A stretch of DNA of 64,000 nt. It comes from Aulosira sp. ZfuVER01. GTDB lineage: Bacteria; Cyanobacteriota; Cyanobacteriia; Cyanobacteriales; Nostocaceae. The position numbers and the translations under genes are program-made. Shown in pieces: positions 31,386-40,564 of this stretch (position 1 is its first letter; the number at the start of each line of letters is the position of its first letter). The stretch lies in the NCBI GenBank assembly GCA_034530615.2, contig JAVRCV020000015.1:179702-243701 (forward strand), written 5' to 3'. A model generated the notes under the pieces. It searched no databases. It worked only from the letters and a program-made list of their open reading frames with translations, and was not told the origin of the DNA.

Positions 31386-32828
31386 TTACTTGTCTCTCGT
31401 TGTCAGCGCACCACCACTTACCATTGGCTGAAATGGGACTTTTGTGCGTAACTGCCTGGTTTGTTCGACAATTTGGTCTATATCTTCTTGAGATAAGCGC
31501 TGAACATAGTTAAGTTTGACTTCTTCTAAGAAGTCGAAAAGCAAACTCTGAATTTCGGAAAGTACTTGTTTTTTCTGTACTTCTGCACCTAAAGCTTGGG
31601 TGAAGCGTTCTACTAGTTTGCTGGTGAGTTTTGCCGCTACGGGATCTTGGACTGCACTGACTACAGCATTGTAAAGGTTAGTTGTAATTTGGGTAGCCAG
31701 TTGCTCGCTAATCTGGGTTTGTGTTTGTCCTACACCAGGGAGCATTTGCAAGTTGCGATACATGGGCAATTGCTGAAAAACAGTGTCGATGTTGTGGCGC
31801 AAAATGGCGGTGAGTTCTGGTTGGATTTGCGGCAGTACTTGGTAGACGACGGTTTGCACTAAAATACTAGCGATCGCTTCTATTTCATTGACATTATTAA
31901 TATCTATATATTGGCGTACATTCTCTTGCTGCATTAACCAGCGTGTGAACTCTCCTTGCTGAATTGATCCCTGAATTTGGTTAATTACCCTCACCACCAC
32001 AATTTCAGTGATTTCTTCGGCAAAGTTGGCGACAATTCCTTGATTAATTTGCCGCCATACTGGACGTAAATTGAATAACCTTGCTCGATCGAGGCGAATG
32101 ACGACAGGAATAACTCGCAACCATCGCCAAAACGGCAACAATAATAATAAATCGTACCAACGCCACAATACCGCATCTAGCCAGCTAAAACCGGGATGGC
32201 TGCGTCTGATATAAAAGCACCGTACTAGTAACTCTAAAGCGAATAAACCGACAAAGGGTAAGTCAAGTAGCCAAAAATTATCCAGAAGTTCGCCATCTTC
32301 TCCGATACGGCGGTAATAGTTTGTGGAAATTTGGGGTCGGATTTTTTGGTTAAAAAAGCTAATTTCTTGATTCCAACCCTTTTGAGATAAATATGCTTGA
32401 CTCCAAAAAATTCTAAAAGCAAGCTTTGCAGATTCTTGATGGGTGCGATCGCGCATCCTGTTTTTGATTTTTTCTAAAGTCCCACTCTTACCCACGGCTG
32501 CAAAGGGATTGCTGTCAATCATCTCTGTGCTGAGTCGGCTAATTTCCTCCAGTTTGGTTTGTACCTGAGGCGACTGTAACCCTGTTTGGCTTACTTGTTC
32601 TTCTAATGCGGCTACTGTTTTTAGATAGTTATTTGTCTCTCGATGGGCTTCAATTCCCTTAATGGGGTCATAAATTTGGGTAATTTGCGGTAACCTCCGC
32701 CAATAAAAATCACGCCAAGGTACGTAACTTAAATTAAACAAAACTAAGCACAAATTTACTGTGGCAGTCATTGCCATCAATCTTTCAAAGTAAAGTTGCG
32801 ATCGCTTTAACGGTTTAAGATTAGCCAT
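31386..32828 (-). CDS. Hypothetical membrane protein with voltage-sensor-like TM motifs
   Basis: N-terminal TM helix, then LFALELLVR, RWYDLLLLLP, RWLRVIPVVIRL; helical C-terminus. Confidence 0.75.
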   Translation of the reverse strand: MANLKPLKRSQLYFERLMAMTATVNLCLVLFNLSYVPWRDFYWRRLPQITQIYDPIKGIEAHRETNNYLKTVAALEEQVSQTGLQSPQVQTKLEEISRLSTEMIDSNPFAAVGKSGTLEKIKNRMRDRTHQESAKLAFRIFWSQAYLSQKGWNQEISFFNQKIRPQISTNYYRRIGEDGELLDNFWLLDLPFVGLFALELLVRCFYIRRSHPGFSWLDAVLWRWYDLLLLLPFWRWLRVIPVVIRLDRARLFNLRPVWRQINQGIVANFAEEITEIVVVRVINQIQGSIQQGEFTRWLMQQENVRQYIDINNVNEIEAIASILVQTVVYQVLPQIQPELTAILRHNIDTVFQQLPMYRNLQMLPGVGQTQTQISEQLATQITTNLYNAVVSAVQDPVAAKLTSKLVERFTQALGAEVQKKQVLSEIQSLLFDFLEEVKLNYVQRLSQEDIDQIVEQTRQLRTKVPFQPMVSGGALTTRDK

Positions 32829-33089
32829 TTTTTAGTGTTGAATTATACAGTGAATGTATTTAATTCTTTAAATTATATAGTTTGAGAGCTTTCTAAAGTT
32901 CCCGGTTATTTATTAAAAATCTTTCTTTAGAAGGATGAAAAAATGTTAATTAAATATTAGTTAAATTAACCAATCAAACTATTTTTAATCAAAAATCATT
33001 AATAATTGCGAAAATCGATGTTAAAGAAACTTAAAATGCTCGTGTAAGCCTTTATATTCTGCTGATTTAACCCAAAGGAGTTTAATTTT

Positions 33090-33782
33090 ATGTGGTGTGG
33101 CTTTGGAAAATCAAGCGTTACCATTGCTACTGCTTGCCTAATAACAGCGAGCGTGGTAGCTTCAAATACTTCTTTTGCTGCTCGCCAGCGTAACTACTCG
33201 CCACAGCAGTTCCGTGCTGTGTTACATGGCTTGGGCTATAAAGTAACCGTAAACAATTCACCCTTGACGGATACCGAAACAAAAAAAGCAATTAGTGAAT
33301 TTCAAAAGGGATATAAGTTAAATGTAGATGGCATAGCAGGCCCAAAAACTCAAGATTGGGCGGCGCAGATAGTTCAAATTTTGCAGGCAAATTTGAATGC
33401 AGTAGTTAAGCCCAAAACTCCCTTACCCCGCGATCAATTTTATGGCCCGCAAACGGAGGCGTTGGTAAAGGAAGCTCAGAAAAAATTTCAGTTACAAGAA
33501 ACTGGCATTGCTGATTTAGCATTCCGCCAAAAGCTGAATCAAGAGGCTAAGTCAGCCATAGGCCAGCCGACAACCGAGCCAACACCTGCGCCGACGGCAA
33601 CACCAACATCATCACCTACACCGACACCTAAGCCGACAACTAAACCAACCACGAAGCCAACACCTAAGCCATCAGTTAGACCAACAGCTAAACCGACGGC
33701 GACACCAACAGCTAAACCGACGGCGACACCAACACCAACGCCTACATCGACGGCGACACCAACACCAACATCTACACCATAA
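33090..33782 (+). CDS. Peptidoglycan-binding domain protein with Pro/Thr tail
   Basis: Signal peptide; AISEFQK...L.VDGIAGPKT PG_binding_1 motif (two copies); PT repeats. Confidence 0.88.
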   Translation: MWCGFGKSSVTIATACLITASVVASNTSFAARQRNYSPQQFRAVLHGLGYKVTVNNSPLTDTETKKAISEFQKGYKLNVDGIAGPKTQDWAAQIVQILQANLNAVVKPKTPLPRDQFYGPQTEALVKEAQKKFQLQETGIADLAFRQKLNQEAKSAIGQPTTEPTPAPTATPTSSPTPTPKPTTKPTTKPTPKPSVRPTAKPTATPTAKPTATPTPTPTSTATPTPTSTP

Positions 33783-33813
33783 GAGTTCCCACTAAAATAA
33801 TGGCCTTAGAGTG

Positions 33814-34707
33814 TCAACGTGTTTGATTTGGTTCTTCTAAAGGCCTGCCTTTAGGTGTAGGTAAAATTGGACGGCGGTCATCGTAAGGCATAGGAATATA
33901 CTGAACGCTGGGTCTTCCTCCTTGTGGTTGAGGATATAAATCCATCAGTTCGTAAATAGAAAGGGGCAGTCCGACTGTTACGGGCAGCCCCATTTCTGTT
34001 GCTTCTTCCACAGTGATAGGATAGTCGTGAGTAACACGCCCAGTTGTTAAGGCTTCAATAATTGGTTCAATATTTTCTGGGCTGACTTTTTGTTTAGGGA
34101 TACTGTCTTTTAGCAAAGTCCGCACAAAGCGCTGTACCTGTTGAATTGCTTTGCCTGCAAGGTCTGCCATGATGAGGGTTTGGTCATCAACTTCGCCAAT
34201 TGGTTTATCTTGAACCACTTTCAGGATACTAGCTGCTGGGAAGTTACCTAATTGGGGATCGACTGGCCCTAAGACAGCGTTAGCATCCATCACAATTTCA
34301 TCAGCAGCCAGCGCCAGCATCGTACCGCCACTCATAGCGTAGTGGGGTACAAAAACGGTAACTTTTGACGGATGGCGAATTAATGCTCTAGCAATTTGTT
34401 CGGTAGCTAAGACTAAACCACCTGGAGTGTGCAAGATTAAATCAATTGGAATCTCCGGAGGGGTGAGGCGAATTGCCCGCAGTATTTGTTCTGAGTCTTC
34501 GATAGTAATGTAGCGCGACAAAGGTATGCCTAATAAGCTGATAGACTCTTGACGGTGAATTAGCAAAATCACCCGGCTGTTACGTCCTTGCTCGAATTCT
34601 TGTAAGGCGCGGACACGCCGATATTCTATTTGACGCTTTTGCCAGATTGGTTGCAGAGAAGAGAGGAGAAGAAAAATCCAGAATAAATCGCCAATACCAA
34701 AACCCAT
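33814..34707 (-). CDS. SDH-family ClpP-fold serine protease
   Basis: LILHTPGG, YAMSGGTMLALAADEI.M...AVLGPVDPQ, THDYPI. Confidence 0.88.
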   Translation of the reverse strand: MGFGIGDLFWIFLLLSSLQPIWQKRQIEYRRVRALQEFEQGRNSRVILLIHRQESISLLGIPLSRYITIEDSEQILRAIRLTPPEIPIDLILHTPGGLVLATEQIARALIRHPSKVTVFVPHYAMSGGTMLALAADEIVMDANAVLGPVDPQLGNFPAASILKVVQDKPIGEVDDQTLIMADLAGKAIQQVQRFVRTLLKDSIPKQKVSPENIEPIIEALTTGRVTHDYPITVEEATEMGLPVTVGLPLSIYELMDLYPQPQGGRPSVQYIPMPYDDRRPILPTPKGRPLEEPNQTR

Positions 34708-34812
34708 AGGATTGATTGTCTCAAAATAACGGATGTCGTCATTAATTGTGACAATTTTCAGGCGATCGCAATTCTATCTACAGGTCTATTAGCTTACATC
34801 AACAGAGAATAA

Positions 34813-35592
34813 TTAATCCAAATCATCAGGATTCACGCCTAATTGACGCAAACGTTCTGCTAATTGTGCTGCTTTTCTTTTTGCTTGTTCAGCTTCTTGT
34901 CTAGCTTCTCTGGCTTCTTCTGTAGGTTCGGGAATCAATTCTCCTGCTAAACTAAACCACCTTAACCACAACCTTTCAATATCTCGAAATGAGCCTTGCC
35001 ATAAGCCTAAACTTAATTCGATTTCTGGCATGAGTAAGCGCCCATCAGTTAAATTCATCGGTTCATAATGACCGCCTACTAACTGAAATGCTCTGAGTTC
35101 ATTTGTGTAACGGCTAAAAACAATGTAGTAGGGAATTCGCAAAATTCGTTCGTAAACTTCCCATTTAGTTGGAGGTTTATCTGTTGTATTTGCTTTGTTG
35201 CCTAAATCTTCATCTTCTGTACCAGGTGATAATAATTCCACAACTACAAAAGGATTTGCTGGTTCTTGCCAAGTGACATAACCTAAACGCAAATCTTCCC
35301 CTTTGTATTGTTTCTGCACTCCTACAACACCAAACCAATCTGGGCGTTTGTACCACAAAGGATGCTGAAGCTCATAGTAAAGATTCAGGTCAGCCGCACT
35401 GAAAACTAGTTCGGGATTCCAATTAGTTGGCTGAAAAGTTAAATATAAAAGTAAGGGTTGTAAAAAGTGAAAATAGTCTGGCAAACCTGGTTCCTCTGGA
35501 TTATCGCTGGGTAAATCATACATTGTGGGTAGGGTTTCCCAAGGAGGAAGGGGTGGATCGGATTGGGGGATGTATTTAGGGAAGGTAGTCAT
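34813..35592 (-). CDS. Uma2 family endonuclease (DUF820)
   Basis: LPTMYDLPS, RPDWFGV, VVVELLSP, KWEVYE.IL.IPYY, coiled tail ending LRQLGVNPD. Confidence 0.92.
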   Translation of the reverse strand: MTTFPKYIPQSDPPLPPWETLPTMYDLPSDNPEEPGLPDYFHFLQPLLLYLTFQPTNWNPELVFSAADLNLYYELQHPLWYKRPDWFGVVGVQKQYKGEDLRLGYVTWQEPANPFVVVELLSPGTEDEDLGNKANTTDKPPTKWEVYERILRIPYYIVFSRYTNELRAFQLVGGHYEPMNLTDGRLLMPEIELSLGLWQGSFRDIERLWLRWFSLAGELIPEPTEEAREARQEAEQAKRKAAQLAERLRQLGVNPDDLD

Positions 35593-35613
35593 AGTAAAGT
35601 TTAATAATTTGCT

Positions 35614-35685
35614 TCAAGATTGTTCATAAGCTGCCAAAAATTCTTCCCGCGAGATACCTGCTTGAGTACAGTGATTATTTGCAAG
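35614..35685 (-). pseudogene. C-terminal remnant of a HicA-family toxin
   Basis: Minus-strand translation ...LANNHCTQAGISREEFLAAYEQS*; resembles HicA C-termini; in-frame stop upstream and no start. Confidence 0.55.
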
Positions 35686-35731
35686 TCATAATACTATTTT
35701 GTCGCTATTATTCTACAACTAGCGGCGAAGT

Positions 35732-35760
35732 GCGATGTCTACGATGGGCTATCTCTACGT
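35732..35760. repeat. SDR5-like 21-nt insert in a degenerate HIP1 site
   Basis: GCGAT + GTCTACGATGGGCTATCTCTA + CGT; related to the element at 7100. Confidence 0.6.
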
Positions 35761-35999
35761 TCAGATCCGTTAACGCTAAATTCTGATATCTCCGCTACGA
35801 CTATTGTCTCTATCTGTTCGCCTTCACTACATCAAAAGCCATTTACCTGCTAGCGGGAAACTGTTCTCAGGCTGGTAATTCTCAGATACTACTTCTGTAT
35901 TGGTATAAAAAATCCTATCTTAATTACTAGTAAATGACTATGAATGCCTAAATAACTTGGGGAATACTGAAATTTAGTGCTTATCAAGGTGTATGAAAA

Positions 36000-36467
36000 A
36001 TGGCAGATACTCAAGTCAGCGCAAAACTTTCCGCAGCAGATAGAGAAGCGGTGATGCAAGCTATTAGTACTATTCGGCAAAAGTTACCGTTTTTGATTGA
36101 TTTGTCTACTGAGGAACGTAAAGCTTTACCCAAGCTGGGGGATAAGAGTCGGGCGTTTGTCAGTAAGGCGTTGGAAATAGCTGCACAAAATCCTGATTTC
36201 TTACCGCGTTCTTTTGATGTGGATGAAATGCGCCGAGATATTGAATTATTTGAAGCTTTGTATCCGATTTTGTTGTCGTTGACACAATTGCAAGAACTGG
36301 TGGATGATACTTCTGTGGCTGTTGGCAGTGAAGCTTATGCGGCGGGGTTGTTGGTATATAACTATGCCAAAGCTAGTGGTAAAGGCGCTGGTTTAGATTC
36401 AATGGTTGATGATTTGGGGCGAAGATTTGCCCGGAAAGCGAAAAAAGTGCAACCACAAACCTCGTAA
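36000..36467 (+). CDS. Hypothetical alpha-helical protein (155 aa) with basic C-terminus
   Basis: Clean ORF with AAGGTG RBS-like sequence; amphipathic helices; tail GRRFARKAKK; no catalytic motif recognised. Confidence 0.88.
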   Translation: MADTQVSAKLSAADREAVMQAISTIRQKLPFLIDLSTEERKALPKLGDKSRAFVSKALEIAAQNPDFLPRSFDVDEMRRDIELFEALYPILLSLTQLQELVDDTSVAVGSEAYAAGLLVYNYAKASGKGAGLDSMVDDLGRRFARKAKKVQPQTS

Positions 36468-36472
36468 TTTGA

Positions 36473-36706
36473 GAAATTAACTCGACGCTTTTAGATAAAA
36501 ACATAAATTTTGAGCTTCTGAGCTTGGGTGTTTCAGTTTTAAGTGAAAAACTCCGAGTCAGAAGCTTAAATTTTGCAGTTGTAAGTGAGAATGTTTTGGT
36601 TTGAAGTGAGAAGGTTTTCGTTTCAAACGAGAACATTTTTGTTTTTAGTAAGAACGTTCTGGTTTGAAATCACAATAGTTTCGTTTTAAGTTAAAAGCTT
36701 TTCGTT
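36473..36706. repeat. Degenerate 21-bp tandem array (11 units), consensus GTT-NNN-ARY-NNN-AAN-NTT-NNN
   Basis: Units start at 36473, 36494, ... 36683 with no indels; triplet 3 is ARY in 11/11, triplet 5 starts AA in 9/11, triplet 6 is NTT in 9/11, triplet 1 is GTT in 7/11. Confidence 0.85.
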
Positions 36707-36780
36707 TAATTGACTACCGTAAAGGTTTGACAAGAGAACACCGAGAATAATAGCGGTTATTACGGAGCTAATGAGCGAAT

Positions 36781-36813
36781 AGAACCCCGAATTTTTAGAG
36801 AAGTTGGGGTTCT
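36781..36813. repeat. REP-like palindrome
   Basis: AGAACCCCGAATT...AAGTTGGGGTTCT. Confidence 0.7.
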
Positions 36814-36925
36814 GAATCCTTATAAGTTTTTAAAAACAGAGAACTAAATCTTTTTGAATCCGAAATGTGTAAGGCTCACTGAGTAGTTATCTTATATGTA
36901 TTAGAGCTTACACCTGAATCTTTTC

Positions 36926-39900
36926 ATGAATCCTCAGAATAAGCCCAAGAGTTTACAGGATATTCTCAAACAACGTCAGCAATCAAGCTTTGTAGGTCGA
37001 GAGGAACAAGTTAATCTATTTCGCCAAAATCTAGAATTACCTTTAGACGACTCTCGCCGACACTTTTTATTTAATGTTTGGGGTCAAGGAGGAGTAGGTA
37101 AAAGTACACTGCTGCGTCAGTTTAGCCAAATTGCGTCTGGAGCGAAAATGATCGCGGCTCTTACTGATGAAGGTGAAAAAACTGTACCAGAAGTCATGGG
37201 TCGTCTGGCGGAACAGTTGGAACAGCAAGGTCATAAGCTGGCACAGTTTACAGAACGCTACAAAGTTTATCGTCAGAAGCGCCAGGAATTAGAAACCGAT
37301 CCCGAAGCACCGCAAGGTTTCTCGGCTTTTGTGGGCAAAACTGTAGCGAAAGCCGGAATGGGTATGGCTAAACAAGTTCCGGGTGCTGGTGCTGTATTTG
37401 GCTTAATCAATGAAGATGCTATTACTACCCAAGCCGGAGAATGGGCGGCTTATGTTGCGAAAAAATTAACCAATAAAGACGAAATTCTCTTAGTCCAAGA
37501 ACCTGTAGAAGTCCTGACTCCCTTATTTTTAGAAGATATTTCTAAAATTGCCCAAAAGTCTGGTCTTGGGTTGTTCTTTGATACTTATGAACGCAGCGCC
37601 GAATTTCTAGATAACTGGCTCAGGGAAATTATAGATGGTCGCCACGGTGAAGTACCTCTCAATATATTGATAATTATTGCCGGTCGGCAAGAATTAGATA
37701 AAAACCATTGGGCAATTTATGAGGGGTTAATAGTTCGTTTCCCTTTAGAACCATTTACAGAAGCAGAAGCCCAACAATATCTCACCCGTAAGGGAATTAC
37801 TAACAGTCGGGTGATTGAAGTAATTTTACGTCTTTCTGGAAATTTACCTTTGTTAGTTGCCACATTGGCGGCGGAAACTCCAAGTGACCCCAGTCAAGTA
37901 GGCGATCCTAGCGGTACAGCAGTAGAACGCTTCTTAAAATGGATTGATGACTCCAAGCGGCGACAATTAGCTGTAGATGCTGCACTTCCCTTGTCTTTAA
38001 ATCGGGATGTTTTGGCTAAATTGCGCGGAGAGGAAGACGCGGATGGTTTATTTAGCTGGCTGAAAGAAATGCCATTTATTGACGAACGCACTGATGGTTG
38101 GGCTTATCATGATGTCGTCAAAACGCAAATGCTACGCCACAAGCGGCTTTTGTCACCGCAAAGTTGGGCTGATTTGCATGGTAAGTTAGCCGACTACTAC
38201 GACAACTTGCGAAATAATTTACGCCTGGAAGAAGACAAAAAACAGCGCGATCCTGTTTGGCAAAGTTACACCCTCAATGTTTTGTATCACGGTTTATGTC
38301 AGTCACCACAGAGAAGCTTACCTGCTGCTTTAAATGAATTTCTCGCAGCACTGAAAAATCAATATTCTTTTGCTAAACGCTGGGCAGAAAGAATGATACA
38401 AGCAGGTAAAGATACAGATGTAGCTGAAATTCAGCGTTGGGGTGACAAGTTAGCCAATGGCTTAAAAGCTTATAACGAGAAACAGTATGAAGTTGCGGCT
38501 GAAATGTTCACAGCCTTGTTGAACAATACCTTTATTGAAGTCAAGTGGCGTGCAGTAGCTTTAGACTGGCGTGGTGAGGTTTACACCCAATCAAATCAAT
38601 ACTCTAAAGCTTTAGAAGATTTAACGGAAGCTATCAAGTTAGCTCCAGATGACGCTGAGTATTTATCAGATCGAGGTAAAACTTATCGCTTAATGGAGCG
38701 TTATGAGGAATCACTGCAAGATTATAACCGTGCTATTGAACTCAATCCTAAATACAACCGAGCGATAGCCAATCGCGGTCAAACTTACAAAGCAATGGAG
38801 CGTTATGAGGAATCACTGCAAGATTATAACCGTGCCATTGAACTTAACCCCAAATATGATTGGGCGATCGCCAATCGCGGTGAAACTTACCGCTTAATGA
38901 AGCAATATCAGGAAGCACTGCTGGATTTCGAGCGCGCTATTGAAATTAATCCCAAATCTGATTGGGTGATCGCACTTCGTGGTTAAACTTACCGCTTAAT
39001 GGAGCGATATCAGGAAGCACTGCTGGATTTCGAGCGCGCTATTGAAATTAATCCCAAATCTGATTGGGTGATCGCACTTCGTGGTTAAACTTACCGCTTA
39101 ATGGAGCGATATCAGGAAGCACTGCTGGATTTCGAGCGCGCTATTGAAATTAATCCCAAATCTGATTGGGCGATCGGACTTCGAGGTGAAACTTACCGCT
39201 TAATGCAGCAATATCAGGAAGCACTGCTGGATTTTGACCGTGCGATTGAACTTAATCCCAAATCTGATTGGGCGATCGCCAGTCGCGGTCAAACTTACAG
39301 AGCAATGAAGCGATATCCCGAAGCACTGCTGGATTTTGACCGAGCCATTGAACTTAATCCTAAATCCGATCGGGCGATCGCCAATCGAGGTGAAACTTAC
39401 CGCTTAATGAAGCAATATCAGGAAGCACTGCTGGATTTTGACCGTGCGATTGAACTTAATCCTAAATCCGATCGGGCGATCGCCAATCGAGGTGAAACTT
39501 ACCGCTTAATGAAGCAATATCAGGAAGCACTGCTGGATTTTGACCGTGCGATTGAACTTAATCCCAAATACGATTGGGCGATCGCACTTCGAGGTGAAAC
39601 TTACCGCTTAATGCAGCGATATCAGGAAGCACTGGTTGATTTCGACCGCGCTATTGAACTTGACCCCAACTATGATTGGGCGATCGCCAGTCGTGGTCAA
39701 ACTTACAGAGCAATGGAACGATATCAAGAAGCACTAGTTGATTTCGACTATGCAATTGAACTTAATCCCAAACTTGATTGGGCGATCGCACAACGCGGGC
39801 GAACTTACAGCGCAATGGCGCGATATGAAGAAGCACTGCTGGATTTTGACCGTGCTATTGAACTTGACCCCAAATATGATTGGGTGATCGCACAACGCGG

Positions 39901-40414
39901 TCAAACTTATGATTTGATGCAACTTTATACAGAAGCACTCCAGGATTTTGATCGCGCAATTGAACTTAATCCTAAATATGATTGGGCAATTTATAGAAGA
40001 GGTGAAATTTATTTGCTGTTGAAAGACTACAAGCAAGCTCTTGCAAATTTCAATCGTGCTATAGAGTTAGAACCTAATGATACTTGGTATTTTTATGATC
40101 GAGCTTTAGCTTACCAAGCTCTCCAGCAAGAACAAAAAGCAAAAGATGACTTTAATATTGCTATACAACTGGCTCAAGAAAAATATCAAAAAAATTCTCA
40201 AGACTGGCGCAATACTTTTAATCTGGCTCTTTACTATTTGACTTCTGGAGATATTGAACAATCTGAAAGTATTTATAAATATATTTTGTCAATGAGGCTT
40301 CCTGCTGATATTATTCGTGAGGCTATCCGTGATATAGATATTTTTCTAACTATTTTTCCAAATTACGAGTCAGCTATATCTATGCGTCAGTTATTACAAT
40401 CTTCCTTGACATGA
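36926..40414 (+). pseudogene. STAND/AAA-type ATPase plus about 16 TPRs (NLR-like), interrupted by two in-frame TAA codons (38984-38986, 39086-39088)
   Basis: FVGRE, Walker A GQGGVGKST, Walker B-like FFDTYE, IAGR, GNLPL; ORFs 36926-38986 and 39101-40414 share a frame; TAA replaces GAA/CAA in two near-identical 102-bp repeats. Confidence 0.85.
38660..40000 (+). repeat. 102-bp tandem TPR-coding repeats with very high nucleotide identity
   Basis: Recurring aaacttaccgcttaatg...caggaagcactgctggattt...attgaacttaatcccaaa at a 102-bp period. Confidence 0.92.
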
Positions 40415-40564
40415 ATATTTAGGAAATATATAATTTATAGCCATCCTAAAAAATCATCAAAAACTTGATACTAGATTTTTCAAATAAGTCAAATATCTAT
40501 TGTATTTTGGCTAAAAAAATACTAGATTAGCTAATCTAGCAAACCTAAATTATTTGCAAAAAGT

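Noticed and set aside
33560..33780. Tandem DNA repeats in the peptidoglycan-binding gene
   Set aside because: Ordinary Pro/Thr low-complexity linker coding.
36373..36636. 87-aa minus-strand ORF with KTFSLxT heptads as the explanation for the 21-bp array
   Set aside because: It overlaps the 155-aa gene antisense, covers only part of the array, and the same frame has TGA and TAA stops in the remaining units. It is more likely a by-product of the periodicity, though not formally excluded.
36473..36706. CRISPR array
   Set aside because: No identical repeats separated by unique 30-40-nt spacers, and no cas genes in the window.
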